Origin: Isurus oxyrinchus
Taxonomy: Eukaryota
Length of the DNA stretch: 64,000 bases
Direction: 5' to 3'
Assembly: GCA_026770705.1 (NCBI GenBank)
Contig: JANJGN010000034.1
Location: 5,952,001-6,016,000, forward strand
Shown here: one piece after another, positions 38,401 to 53,400 of the stretch
Numbering within the stretch: position 1 is the stretch's first letter
Layout of the letters: every line of letters starts with the position of its first letter
Program-made: the position numbers and the translations under genes
The notes under the pieces: model-generated
Seen by the model: the letters and a program-made list of their open reading frames with translations, nothing else
The model's database searches: none
Told to the model about the DNA's origin: nothing

Positions 38401-41400
38401 AACATGAAACTTTAAGTTCAGGAAAGAGTGCCCTTTGTTCTCGAGTGCTTTTACGTTCAGCTAAATTAAACCTCTTATTAATTTGCACAAGTTAATTATA
38501 TGCACAAGGTTATAAATTACTACGATCATAACTTTTAACAAATTGCCAAACAAATACCCGTTAAGGCAACATGAACCCAAAGAATTAGCAAGGTAAAACA
38601 GTTTATGAATTGAAAATGAGGCTATTGTCGCGTTGTTTCCTGTGGAGACAGTTGGAGGCTTTCAGGTGCATTTGATTTCAAATTCCCTCTGCTCTACACA
38701 CACTCAGGTTATTCCTAGCGTCGTTCATTGTATGTACATTCTCAATGAATCACCAGCCTCTATGAACTCCAACTTTTAACAATAAAACAACTTTCGTGGA
38801 TTGAATTTTATCAGTAATATAAACATATTGCTAGGTGTCTACTGGGTAGGTGTTAGTTAACACCTCATTTCTTGAATTCACCGTCAACTAATGCACATAA
38901 AGGCTATTTGTCTTACATATCAAAACTAGTACACATCAAAGCTCACAGAGTAGCTGGTTTTAACCCCAATTAAGGCACACCAACAAGCTAATCTTCCTAT
39001 TGTAAAAGAAAAGCATTTTTCCAATAATAATGTATATATTAATCATTTTGTGACAGTCATATTATTGGACACAATGCTCCAGTTGAGGCAGAACCAATGC
39101 TTTATAATTATTCATTGCATCATTCATGATTTTGTTCTCAATGCCTCTTTTATTAAACTCAGGATCCCTTATAATTACTTTAAAATTTCTTCAACATGTC
39201 TTGTCATTAAAGCGCTATGTTTACATATACCACTAGATCGCTAATTTGCTCTGACCTTTTCATTTCGTTACCCTTTCGATTTCTTTACCTTCCATTGCTC
39301 TGCTGAAATAGATTTCATCCGCAATGTGCCTCTCCCTTCCACGAGTTTTCCTCTGGCGACCAAGTGGAGCTGAAGAACATAAATCTAAAAGAAAATATAG
39401 GATAAACATAACATGAACGGAACTCAGATTAAACATGACTTAAAATGCATGCCCAGTAATGTGAAATAGTACAAGGCAGCATTAGGCCACCAATCGTGGG
39501 TCAGAATCAGGCTGAGTCAGGAATACTGAGGCATGCCTACAGAGCAACACGGGTCAGGAAATTAACCCAGCCGTATGTAGAAAGGAAAGAGTGGGAGCAT
39601 ATGTTATCTGTATTAGTTGTGCCTTTTCGAGACTACAATCTATTTTGTAAAAGAATACACTGCTATCGATAACAGATATTCTGAATGTTTGTACTTGGAA
39701 ATAAAAGATAAGAAAGGGTCAGTTACACAACCATGACCCGTCTAAAATCCACTTCGTGGTCTGCATGTTGGGTGGGAAAATTTTGACAAAGAAGACAACG
39801 GAGTAAAAGAAAATAAAATAACAATACGATGAATTTCAATTGCCTTGATAAGAATTTAACAGAAGAGTCTGTAAAGGAAGAAGAATTTAGAATTACTACA
39901 AAGTGCTGATGGCCCCTTTCTCGCCAACTATCTCAAAGAACCAAGCGTGTAAGAATTTTGTATTGACCTTTTAATGAGGATTTGAACCAGGATAAATAAC
40001 GGCGTGAAAAAAAAAAGATACCCAGCCCGGCATTAATTACCGTAATTATGTTTAAGTTGATGACAGGGAAGGTCATTAGTCAAACAAAAGTTGGGATCAA
40101 AGGGTGGAATTCGTGTGATTTTTAGGGGGTCGTCAGAACTTCTGAAAATGACATAAGCACCAAATTGGTGAGGAGCAATGTGGATGGACAATGAGAAAAT
40201 TAAAGCAAAAAATTCAGCAGAGGGCAGGAATACATATTCACCAAGAATGAGAAAAGAAATCAATCATGTCTGATACATGAATGTTGCATGAAGACAAAAG
40301 AAAGCAACTGTCAATTAGGAAAGTGATATATGATAAGTACATAAAGAGTATAAAAATGCAGAAGAGAGAATATCAAGAAACTAGGAGGAGGGTCGAAAAA
40401 GCAGTTAAGAGGTCAAAGAGAACCTATAAAATCATATTATTAACGAGCACATTACCAAAAAAATATATTACAAGCTCTTCAAAAAGAAAGGTTGTGTTAG
40501 GGGTCGTGCAATTAAAAGATAGAAAGCAAAATATCACAAGAAACAAAAGAAATATGCTCTGTGAACGTACCAGTTAGGAGCACGATTAGGCCCTTCGATC
40601 TTGCTCCCGCTTTCGAGTCCACATTCTCGTCTATCCATGAAATCCTTTCACCCGGTTGCTCGTCAATGATCTGTCTGCCTCTTTTTGAAAACAAAATTAT
40701 CAACTGCTCTGCTTCTACAATTCGCTGAGGGAGAGAGATCAATTACAAAGAATGGTCCAAAATACAAGCACAAAATTTTCCCATGTTCGCCTCAAACGGA
40801 GACACCTTATTTTTAAAATTGATGTTCACACTGAATGGTGAGAGGAGAAATTAGATAGGTGCGTTTAAAATAAAAAAAAAACAGTTAATTCATTCGACTG
40901 AACAAAAGAGCATATAAGCCCAGCCTCCGATCCAAGGCGTCTACATACTCTAAACGATTCTGAAGAAGCTATATAAGTGGAAATATTACGCATATTTCAA
41001 AACGTGTACGAAAAAGCTGTAACACCGGAATTCTGTTGGAAATTTGCTTGTAATTTCCATAAACAAGAAAGGGGCATAACGTCCTCTTGTAATTATACGC
41101 CAATCTTCTTAAAGTCGGGAGAGGAAAATAATGGAATAGCTATTCAATAAGTTATGGAAGAACAAATATCATGGTTAACATGACTCACACACGCAGACAC
41201 ATACATAAATGCACATAACATGTCGTTACATGAGTGTGTACACATGGGTGGGAATAATAGTGATGCAGTGTCCAGTTCTTCAAATGGTCTTGAATAAGCT
41301 TTTCCAGCGTGCACAATTGAATGAGGTGTGATGACTTGGAGTAAGGTGACAAGTAACTGGATGGAATGCTTAAATGTCTTCAAGACTTAAAACAGAGCCT

Positions 41401-44400
41401 GAGAGTAAAGGTGGGTTATTCAGATTTGGAAGAATGTGAACGTGGTTTTCCACAAGGATATTTGCTAGCTCTACTGTTATTCAATACTTCTTTTAACGAC
41501 TTTGATTGTGGAGTCAGAAACTCCATCTCTAAATTTGTGGCTTTCAGCAAAATGGGGAGAATGTCAAAACAGAGGTGCATTGCAAGAAATTTCATGAAGA
41601 CATTGTTAAACATGGAGGAAGGACGATCAATTAAAAATGAGCTCGAATAATGATTTGTGTAAGGCATTGCGTTCTGTTCGGAAGCATACTTGTTTTCGTT
41701 TCTTTTGAAACGTGAATGCCTAGGTAGGATTAAGAAGAGTTGTAGTCCCAGTCTACAAAAGCACCAATCTCCTAAAAGTTTCATCGCTGGTCAGGAAGTT
41801 CACAAAAACAAAACAATCACAAAACTTAGTTTCTGCAGGGATGTAATTTACCGCGCTAATGTTATGCTGAAACAAGAAATACATCGGGAATCCGGCAAAA
41901 TATCGTCTTTACCTAATTGAATAGGATATATGCATTCAAGAGAAAGCTAGATAAATATATCAGTGAGCAGATGATAGAGGCTTTCAATGGTAAGTTGAGA
42001 TGAAGAATTATAGAAAGAATTTCTAGTGAAGCTTTGGCGCTTGATTGGCTGAAATATCTCTTTTTCTGATGTCCATCCTAAGCATAACTGCAGTAAATTC
42101 AATAACTTTATTCATATTTAAACAAGCCCGAATAATCCACTACTGTTTCTATGTTTAATGTATATAACTGTGTAGAGTTAAGTAACTAAATTCATGACTG
42201 AAACAGCAGCCGTGTAAACTATAAAAGTAATTTCTGCAATAAGTTACAATGATTGGCAATTTGTTCCATCATTTCAATGGAACCCAGTAAATTGACATAA
42301 TCCTGCTCATTCCAACGGTTCTGCTGTGAGAATTGTAAAATTCATCGCCCATCTAAGTTATCATTAAGGCGTTAATTTGTAGACCCTTTATGCACAGAGC
42401 CCGATGTGATATTTTCACGTTTATCCTGTTAAACATTGTGTTTCTTCTGAACAAAATATGTTAATGCTCTACTTTTCCTTAGAGCTCTATGACCAACAGC
42501 AAAAGTTCAGTAAGTACTGGCTACTGCGGTGATGTATTATTTATTTCTACCGAGTTATTTCGACTCCCGGAGCTTGCAATTTTGTGCTGGCCTCCCGTTG
42601 TAATTCAGGAATCGTGGGCTAAAAGTCAACAAAGAGCCATCTCCAAAATAATGGTACAAAGTTTCACATTCTGAAGTTCTTGCATTGACTTCAAGAAGGT
42701 ACTCAGTTTCTCAGTTTGCAGTCCGACAGAGGTCAATGCTATGCCAAAGGTTCAAATCTTCTCCGTTCAAATCTGCTATTACTTCAGCAAAACAGCTTCT
42801 GAAATTAAAACAATAGTTGTAAATCACCAAGAGATGTTCTGAGAGATGTTAAACAATCTGTGCAATTGATGCCCGTCTTCTTTTAAATTGGAATGCGGAT
42901 GTACAGTTGTTTTGCAGATACATGGGGTTGAGAGGCAAGGATGACGTGAATGTACACTTCTAGTAACATAAATAGAGTAATAGAGCCAATGGAGAAAATG
43001 AAATGAACATTAAAAGTCCTATCAGAACTGAGACAGTTTTGAATTCTTATGATTCGGCTTAGTGAATATTATTGCACTCATGGCAGCGGGTGGGAATGGG
43101 GCGTAAACATCAATTAATATGATAGTCTGTAACAGATCAAATATAGGTTACAACAAAATGCACCTTCAGTTATTGAGTGTCTCGAACATGAATTTTCTCA
43201 CTGCTAGCAACAGTTGCACCTGATAACATACATATATATAAAGGGAGAATGATGCACAGAAACATATAAACCAAATTATTCACAGAGATTGGCAGAAGGA
43301 GGCTGATCTGATTCCTTAACACTGATATCGTTGATTTGAGCTGATCGTCCTGCTTATTTATTGTTACTAATTCTTGGTAACTTTAGAGCGCATATATTGC
43401 AGAAATGTTAACCCTTTTAACATCTTTTTGTCACTCCCACTCACTCCGACACCACATCCCATCACCCCACCCCTGCTCCCTCAACCTTAATATGGTGCTG
43501 GAAACAGAACCCCTCCAGGCCGGACAGAGGTGTGTCAATTGCTCCTTGCTTGAAAGTCCTGCCTCAAAATACGCATGACATGGACTGTCAGGACTCGCCC
43601 TGCAGCGCTTGAACTCATCCTCTACTGATGAATATAACAACTCAACTAGAGGATGCGCTCCAGTAGTGTCATGTGTCAATAACAGGTCAGCAGTTGAACT
43701 ATTCCTGTAACTCTTGCAGAAGCTGATCTTGACCAAAAAGATGCGGGTAATGTACAACATCGAACGTGCAGTATTTTATTTCCATTGCATTTACTATTGG
43801 ACGCATGGAAGGGAATTTAATGATATTGGAAACAGTGTCCAGAACAATCACTTGATGCCTGGGAGTTTGTTGAAACCGAGTTCTGGTCAGAGGCCTCTGA
43901 GTAAAACTTCTACTGCCACTCCGAGTGAACGTTTACGTGGCTATACCACCCAGTCGAAGGTTGAGAATTCCAGGTGAAGTATGAGAATGCAATCGTTCAA
44001 CTGTCCTCTGGAATTGCCATCAGCAGTGAAGGGCCAAAATATTCGGAAAATAAAATAATACAAAATGAATTGGCCCCGTGTTGTCTGAGCACTGTATACG
44101 TCTGAAGAATAATTGCAAGGAGATTATCAATGTATTATACTTTCAGTTTCTTTGGACCTCCCTCTGTGTAAAATGACTCTTGCGTTTTCTGTATTAGCTT
44201 GAATGCATTTCCAAATGTGGGTCGGAAGATGACGCATGTCCTGAGAATGTGACGGGCACCACAACAATTGTCACACACACATCAAATTAAACAAGAATGG
44301 TTGATGTGCCAGAATACCAACTGTAATGATTATGTAATTAAGGCGCTGTCTGAGTGGAAATATTGATATTTGACTGTTTAAATGACATTCCACTTGTTTT

Positions 44401-47400
44401 TATTACAAAAATGCAAGAATTCGACAAGAAAATTGGAGAATTAGGTGAGTAATGGAAATAAAAAATGTGGAAACATTGCTCGTTTATGGCGTTCATTCTG
44501 AAATTCTGTTTGCTTTCTTCATGGCAAATGGGATGTTCAGACAAAGACTAATAGGAAATCTAGTGTAACGTTGAGTACTTTCATGTCACTGTCAATGTCA
44601 GAAAAAAGGCCAGCGGTGCCAAACATGGTGATGTCCAGCAGAAATCAGATTAACCCGGTGTGAGATCAGATATTATCAACTCGTGTATGGTAAGAACAAG
44701 TATTAAAGCCACGCGGTTTGTGTGGGAGGTAGGTTTTGAGGATGTGTGGAGAGGACGGTGTTGTAGATTGGTAAGCTTAGATGTATTTGAGGGCAGGTGC
44801 TACTGATCTATGTCAGAAATAATTTAGATCTGGAGGTTATCGATCGGGCTTTGCTGAATTGAAATATGCGTTTCAAAATGTGTGTGGTCAGCTCTTTCTG
44901 GGGTCAAGTTTTTCTTTGGTAAATTTCTTATGAGAGGTGTGCGTGCCAAAATGGCCCTCCTTTGTTGCCTAACCTAATTGCCTTTGAAATGGCCGTCTTG
45001 CAATACATAACCATAGCGAACTAGAGGAGATATGCTTCCCTGAACTGAAACGGAGGAATTGACTATATGCCCCTTAATGGAGACGAGGTTTCAACTCCAG
45101 GTTAATAAGTTCAATTAAAGTTCTACAAACTGCCATGCTTGAAACCATGTCTCAGCACATTTGCTGGAAGGAGAATCAAACGCAGCAGACCCAGTTTCAA
45201 AAAATGCATCTTCCAGTTAAGATAGAGTTTTTCCTTCACTGAGTCGCTAATCCCACAAGACAATACTGCAGGCGACATTGCAGGCTGTGGCATTGAATAT
45301 TTTATCAGACCGCATCTTAACCTACGAGGCAATTAATTCTTATGGGGATGATAATGATGTAAAAACAATAAACAACTGCTGAGGTTGGGAATCAGACATG
45401 AAACAAAAAATGCTGGTAAAACGTAGCTGGTCTGGCAGCATCTGTGGAGAGAGAAAGGGGAGTTAACTTTTGGAGTCCATATGCGTCCTCTTCATAGCTG
45501 GTTATGGAGTTAATTCAGGGAAGTGGATTTATGTCACCAACAGATTAGTTATATTCTTGCGGAATGGAGGGGATTGTTTAAGGGGCCAAATCGGCTATAT
45601 TTTCGTATGTTTTTTACGTTGTTAAGGGGCGGCATCACTATTTGTCCTTTATCAAAAATGCACATAGACAAAGTCTGTACCAGCTCCATTGGATTGAGAT
45701 GTATGAATACGGAGTTGCAATCACAAGAATCCCAGAGATTTACTCGCTTATCCAGACTGCTGAAAACACTGTTTACTTTTGGGGGAAAAGCAAGTAAATG
45801 AACGGTAACGACCTTAATTATTACTTCTATTTGGATATCAATAACAGAAGCGACCAGTCAATGATCAACAGTAACTGGAAGAGAGAGTTGTAAACTTTGC
45901 TATGGGATGTCTGATACCGAATTGCAGGTCACTTTTTTATGCTCAGTGACATTGCACATCTATAATTTTTCTATTGCTTATATTTCATTTACTGATTCAC
46001 AGAAAATGCAAAGAAGGGTAAGTATACATTTGTTACAGAAAATCTACTTTAAAGTAACAAAAATAGGTTGCCCTAAAAATTCATTACTGGTGCAGTCGGC
46101 GCAATATCCCGTCGAATATCTTAACTAATGTCGAATATAGAGTTATTTCCCTTTTTCACGTCCCTCTGTGACATCCACCTAAACAATCTGTGTAACCTTC
46201 CACAGCACAAAAATCGTTTTTAATCCAAATAATTTGCTTCCTTAATTTCCGGTTTAGTACTTTCCAGGCCCACCTCAACACTTTTAAGACATTGCCTAAA
46301 AAATGTGCCTCAGAGTTGTCAGCCTTGATACATTTCATAATATCTCTCAAAGTTTTCGTTGTGGTTATGTTACTCTGTGTTCTATACCGATGTACGTTTC
46401 TACCTTCTTCATAGCTGACTGTTGAGTAAAAGTATATTATCCTCTTCAGCTAAATCCGAGGAAGGCTCATATCGCATGAAGGTCCCCAGCAGACTTTGGA
46501 GTCGAGTGAACATGAGCAAGGATGTGACCTCTTCAAAAAGCGTAACTTTTTAAGAGATCCTGGAAGGCTAATAATAAAACACACCTGATAGACTTAAATA
46601 CTTATGTTGTTTCTCTCCACCTTGCAGAGCTAGGCACCTGCCAAGATTCCGTAAAGGATTTAGGTGAGCCAATCATTTTTGGAGCCTGCTGAATTTCCCG
46701 GACGTTTGCTTTGCTATTAATCAAGCAAAGTTCCAATTGTTTCTCAAGCACAACGGAGAAAGAACGATCCTGGAGCATTAATGCATTTCTTTTTAATACG
46801 GTGAACTTTAAAGCAATGGCAGATTTTTTTTCTGCCTAGGGAGCTGAACTGTCAGTCAAAGTGTTTTCGTGCAAAGCTCGTTCTGACGTTTGGCAAGTGA
46901 CTTTATGGATTGTTCAATACTCAGCATGATTCACGTAGATCATATCATGGATAAAACATGGATGTGTAGTAGCACCAGTTGCTGTTATTCAATTGACAGA
47001 CTGATGCAGGGTTAAGTGTGTATTCAGTTGCATTGACTACAATGGAATTAAACACTTGGAGTGGGTAAATTATCTTCCCTTTTTACGAAATTGCACACTT
47101 TGCCTAGCTGCCAAAAATTTATATTCATTGTGTAGAGCTTGCTTAATGTGAATGATTTACCCATACGGTACCGAATCAGCATCCACAGTCACATTTCGCC
47201 AATTTTAATTGTTGTTGGCTTCAAGGTAGAAAAAAAATGACCTGGACCTTTTTCACAGAAAAAGAATCAAAAGAACGATCATACGACCTCAGGAATATGG
47301 CTTCATTTAACTGATCTCCATGCACCATGGTTTACAGTTCCCCCTGATAGCGCAATTGCGAGATAAAGAGGATAACTTCACTATTCATTCTTGTTTGCAG

Positions 47401-50400
47401 AATAAGAAAGTTAGCAAGTTGCCGGCTAGCAGTGAATAAATGGCTGTTGTAAACTTTCCATCAGCTGTTCCATACAATTTTCACGGTGTTCCACGTGCTC
47501 AAGGAAATTTAGGTTTGCCCTGCACTGTCGGCCACCTGCAGAATAGTTTGATTTTCAGTGAAAATATTTCCGCAGTAGGTCATGCATTCGTTCATGTTGT
47601 TACTTATTCTTGATTTTTTTCACAGATAAATTAATAAAAGGTATGTGGAAATATGCTGTAGCACCTGACACTCTAAACGGGTGAAAAGAAAGACGAGAAA
47701 AGATGGATTTGCAATGATTACACACTCCAATTTAAAGTAACTTTCACATTGTCATTATTATAAATAAATCCCTCTGTGGCCTCGACCTTCCGTATTCCCT
47801 TGAGAATCCTCTGGCCTTACCACTGGCTGCAAGTTGTGTGTTCACACAACGCTGGCCTCTTTCAGATTGCACTGTTCCTTCACCTTAACAATGGTGTTTT
47901 ATGCCTTCTGCAATATGTCCCAACGCTCCAAAGCAAGTTTGCAAAATCTTGCACCTCAAACACTCCGTCCTACTGTATTATTCACAGATTTCCTGGGCGG
48001 TTTCAAAGTCCACCCCTCTTCCTCAGCACGGAGTCTGGCCAAAAATTAAAGCTTTGTTCAAAACATTGTGAAATGCAGTGAGATCCCCTCCGCCTTGTGG
48101 CTCTTTGGTAATCGGCAAGGCTTGCTAGGAAATTTAGAAATACTCAGCAGACGGTGAGCTGGCTTACATGTCCTGAGAGCAAACAAGGGGATTCTTGGCA
48201 TCTTCAACAACTCAATGGCTCTTCTGGCGAATGTAGGCTGCAACAGAACTAAACCTCCAAACGTTTTAGTTTTCTTTCATTGGACGGAGATGTCGTTCTC
48301 TAAAGGCAGGCGTGGAAGCTGGTGTGAAACGGTTTCTCCATCCTAAAGTTTTGCCCGCATGGGCATCTTTCCTTCCGACCACAGCTACCATGACATCAGG
48401 TGCCCAGCGAATGGTGGAGGGTGCAATGTTGTGTTACATCAAAACGATCACTTGAAATATGCTTGCACTACATTTGGTCAATTGAGAAAGCGACCATTCG
48501 AAGGTCACAACACCAAAACTGAAAGGATTCTCATGATCTGTTATTTCTCCCTGTTCCCACCTTACTCTACAAGGCCGAAGCTGCAAGATGGAAAACGTAC
48601 AGAAGGCACCTCAAGGCACTTGAGTCATACCGTTAAAAGTGGCTGCCAAATAAATTGCTTATTAGCAGGAGGGCAGACAGGCAGACACTTTCAGCTGTCA
48701 GGTATCAAACTCCCAAAGCAGGTATTGATCTCCAAGATTAGCGAGGACAGACGCACCAGAGGAGAGTAGAGGACAATCTTAAGGGATTTGCTCAAAAGCA
48801 ACATGAAGAAAATGAATTATTCACGTTGACATCTCGGTGAACGCCGTTTATATATTAAGCTAAACGGCAACAGGCCCAATAGGAAGGACCCCAGCACTTT
48901 GAAAATGAACAACTATTAAATGATTCGGAAAAACAGGAGGGGCAAAAGGTAAACAACATGACTCGAATTAATGATCCAGGACCTGGCACCCAAAGAGGCA
49001 TGGGTGCATGCTGTCTGCAGGTCCCTCAGATGCCTCATCAGCCATCTCATGCTCATTGAACAGAATCATCCTCGTTAGTGAGACAAAGCCAGTAATGACA
49101 TTACCTGGAAGCAATTAATCACGTGTCCCAATGTGGCCACCTCCAGTTTTATTGAAACTGTTAGCAAGGAAACAATTTTGGTGTTTTCCTGGATTAAGTC
49201 ACTATATACATTATAATTGCTCTTTCCTGTCAACATCTACTTTCAATGTCTACCAGTAAAGTTTCTGCTAACAACGCTGAGGAAACAGTTGCTTGCAGGA
49301 TGCCTACTTGTGGGTCGTTAAGTACAGTTAACCATGTGGGAGGAAACCATGTTTCCTGAAGAGAAATTAAACATTTGTAACATAATCAAAGAATATACCT
49401 TGTCATAGATCAGCTACAGCACAGAAAGAGGCCATTGTTTTTTTGCATCGGATGCAGAACTCTGGGTGATTATCTCGGCTGTTCCCATGCTTCAGAACAT
49501 CAGCTGCAAAGCATGTAACTTTCCTGCTATTCAAAGAATTACCCAGCTCCCTATTAAAAGCCTTGAGTGTCCCTTCGCCGAGCTCATTCTTACACATTGC
49601 ATTCATGAACCTAATGACGCAGTGCACATCTATTTTTCCCCATGTCCCGTTTGGTTCTCTTCCAGCTGACATTAAATCAACGTCTTCCAGTTCTTGATCA
49701 TTCCAGATGGGAACAGTCTAGGCCTGCATAACATTGCCAGGCCCCGTCTGAATTTGAGAAGCTCCATCAAATCTCCTTTCAAATATTTTGTATTTTTGTA
49801 CAACCGCTCTAAATTCTCCAATCTTTCCGCCAAGAAGTAACAATCATCTCTGGAAACATTCCCATGAATATACTCTCTACCCTCTCTAACGTCTTCACTT
49901 GTCCCTTAACTATGATGCCCAAAATGTGATACAATTCCCTAGTTGAAGTCGAACTACTGGTTAAACAGGTTTACCATAACTTCCCTTATTTCGCTGCATA
50001 TTCATCTCTTTATACAGCCGAGGATTTCATATGGCTAAGTGACAGCGATTTCAGTCTGCCCTGCATCTTGCAACCATTTGTCGTCTTATACTCCCAAAGC
50101 CATCAGCAGCTTCAATCCAATTAGGAATGCTTTCACAAGTTGCTCCTTGCCTCCTCCTACCAAAATGAATCACTTTTTGCCTCTCTCTGTTAATTTATCC
50201 TGCAAGAACTCCTCTAATTCCACCAGTCCATATCCGTCCGTTTTACGTATTTCAGGATCTTCCTTGCAATTCATAGCCCTGTAAATTCTGAAAACTGAAA
50301 ATATGTATATTTTGGCCTTGGCACTCATGTTTATCTCCTTGATGCATGCGATGTAGATAGATTGGAAGGGGAGAACTGCATAATTTCGGTTGACACTTCA

Positions 50401-53400
50401 GGGCAGATCATCCATTTTATGAATTACAGAGCTAAGCGAGTGTCAACAAGCTGTAAAAGACGGAGGTGAGCAAAACATTCCTGGTATTGCTTTCGATAAC
50501 ATGCCTTATTCTTTTTAAACATTATACAAATATGTTTTTATTCTTTCAAAAATGACGTCATCAATTCAGCCACCCGTTGTTTGTTGATAGGCCCACATTT
50601 GCTTCTGTTGATTTAAAAAAAAATAAATACTTGGCAGAAAGCAAAACAAGCCGACCATCCGTTAGTGGGCAGGATGATTTTCCGATGCTCCATGTGTCAT
50701 GATTATTGGCGTTTTTACTCACAACTGTTGCTTAATCCTGCACACTAAAGGAATGATGAATATTGTTAACTTGATCGATTTTGTACCCATTGGAAAAGTA
50801 TTCTAACCAATAACGAAACTCACCCAATCGTGAAAAATGTTGTTTAACCTTTTTGGTCTGTTGCTCATGTCATCCTGAATAGAAGAAAAACTCAACGCAA
50901 AAGATAAAGGTACCTGAACTGACATATGTTTCTTCAAAAAACCGGAGATTGACAATGGCTGATTGCTTCTTTACATAATTTCTTTTGTTTCTCATGAATG
51001 TTTTATGTTTCTTTTTACTAAGCAGATTGCTAGAACGTACGTTAAGGGTTGGCAGCAGAAGAATCCTATACAAGCGTTCCAGAGTTTCGAGTTACGAGGG
51101 CACATTTTCAGATGCTGTGTCAGACAAAGTTGGAAGACAATAAATAACATGTAAACTAATAAACTGAATAAAGAGATCGCTTAATTCTCCTGAAACAAGC
51201 CAGTGGTAGCAACAAAGTACTCGCTAGCACAGTGAATTTTGAAATATAACGTCTGTGGTGGTTAGGAATGACAGTTTTGCAGATAGAGTTTATGAAGGAG
51301 TTCTTCAGACACCATTGTTGTGTCACAACTTTCGGCCAGAAGCTCCGCGTTCAAGTCTCACTTCAGGACATGATGGCTGTCGAAGCTATTTCCATCAGGT
51401 GGCCGGCTGTATTCATTACCATCTTGTAAAACTTTCCAATGCGCTTGGTGGCAGGCACTAGGAACGGGAGAGATGCTGGCTGGCCAGACTGCAGAAAGCA
51501 ACGTGAAATGACTGTCGTACTTTGCCAAGCATAATTTTAGGCATATCCAGTGGAAATCCATGATCACCAACACCCTCTGAATGCCAGTTACCTGAAAACT
51601 AGGAATGAAATAACGTATGTGGTACGTTGTTCTGGTGGAGGATAGGCTTAGGCATGGGACACTTGATTGGATGGACAGATATTTACCGCTAATTTATATG
51701 GGTCGGACTGCCCTCGGTATCGAATTCCATAGAGGTAAATATGTTTTTTGAATTGCAACTCACTGCAAATTCGTAAGGAAAAAATACAGAGCGCCCTATC
51801 TGGTTGATTGGTGACGTGCCTAACAAGGGAGATGCACTGTGTATCTACTTAAATAATGTTATTGAACAATAATTAATGTGAAGAACTTGGCAAAGTCCAG
51901 CAGAAAAATGAAAATCTGCAAAACATTTGATTCCACGGTTGTTCAGTTCAATTTGCAACAGAAGCACTGTACATGTTACTAATTTAGACTACTGCACCGT
52001 TAAAGATGGAATTATGTGATGTCTTATTTTTTAAGCATGTATAATATGCAAGTAAAATGTCCTAAAACATTCCATGCAACTATTGGATGGCCGTCTCGAG
52101 GACATTCAATATGATGTCTCTGTTTGTTATTGCACAATCTGTACTTACATAAGGTTACCGATGCCTGTGTTGGGCTTACTGCTACTGCAAACCCAGCACT
52201 CTGCTTTTCGTTAAAATGCAGTACGAAATGGCGGCCGAAATTAGACCTCATATTTTTATGAATATGATTCAAGGATCAGCTGAGGTAAATCTTCTGCCGT
52301 CATTTATATATAGCTTAAGTAGGCGCTTCAGGACGAAGCCACCGAAAGTACATATGGTAAAATGGAATGGAGTATGCCGATGTATGGAGCGCGTGGAAGG
52401 ACATAATCCACTTTGTCAAATACATTGACCTGTACTGTAAATTCTGCATAGTACGTCGTGATGGTCGGTGGGAGGGAGAGGGGAAAGGTGCAGAAATTGA
52501 AATAATGGTGATACTCTCACATCTCACCATTTTAGAGATTCTAAAGTGCCAAGAGTCTTTAAAAGATTCAGGTGGGAAATATATGTTTTACTTGTGTAAA
52601 ATAGCCGCTGAACAAAATAATCCTACAATTCTTAGCCCACATGTAGAAGACAGAAATGCCGATCAGTAATTTTATATGTACAGATGTAGATTTTGCGCTT
52701 GTCATATAGTTGTCCAGCATAGAAAGAGGGCAACCTCCACCATGACTGTAACTGCTATATGAAAGTACTGTATCCCCCTCCATCCCTCTCCATCTCTCTC
52801 TCTCTCTCTCTTATCTGCGTTTCAGAAATCTTTTCACACAGCCTTGGAAACACATGTTCTCTACAATAATGTGTTGCTCAACGCAAACCCCCTCCACTCC
52901 ACCCTACCATTTCTCTATGAATAACCATAAAACTCAGTTTCTTTGTTGCTGGTCGTCCTGGACACGGAAACCATTTATGGTTATTAAATTCCTCAAAAAT
53001 GATCTCCCCATCATATTGGGCATAATTATCATAGGTTCCATTAACCTTCTTGCCGTGATCAGGTAAATCTCACCTCCCCTCTGCAGTCTATAAATCTGAC
53101 ATACTGTCGATTAAATCTTCCCTGTGCTCCCAACATGATTTGTGAATCATTGCAAAGCGTGGTGTGTCGAATTTAACTACAATCTCCTAAAGAAGCACAG
53201 ACTGAACAGCAATTGCTGAGAAGCTGCACTGAGTGCCGAAATCAGCAGTGAGTTCTCCGTCCATTATTAATCCCGACTAATGCGTGGTTCTGTTACCTGA
53301 GCTGGGAGTCTGGCTGGGCGTGGAATGGACGGCCATTGTGAAAGGGCCAGTTGCATGCTACAGTCTAGGCCATTATTTACCTCACTACGTAGCACCATCT

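Noticed and set aside
39841-40560. About 720 bp present in unit 2 only, a possible new insertion
   Set aside because: It continues the surrounding decayed CR1 sequence and shows no target duplication; more simply explained as a deletion in unit 1.
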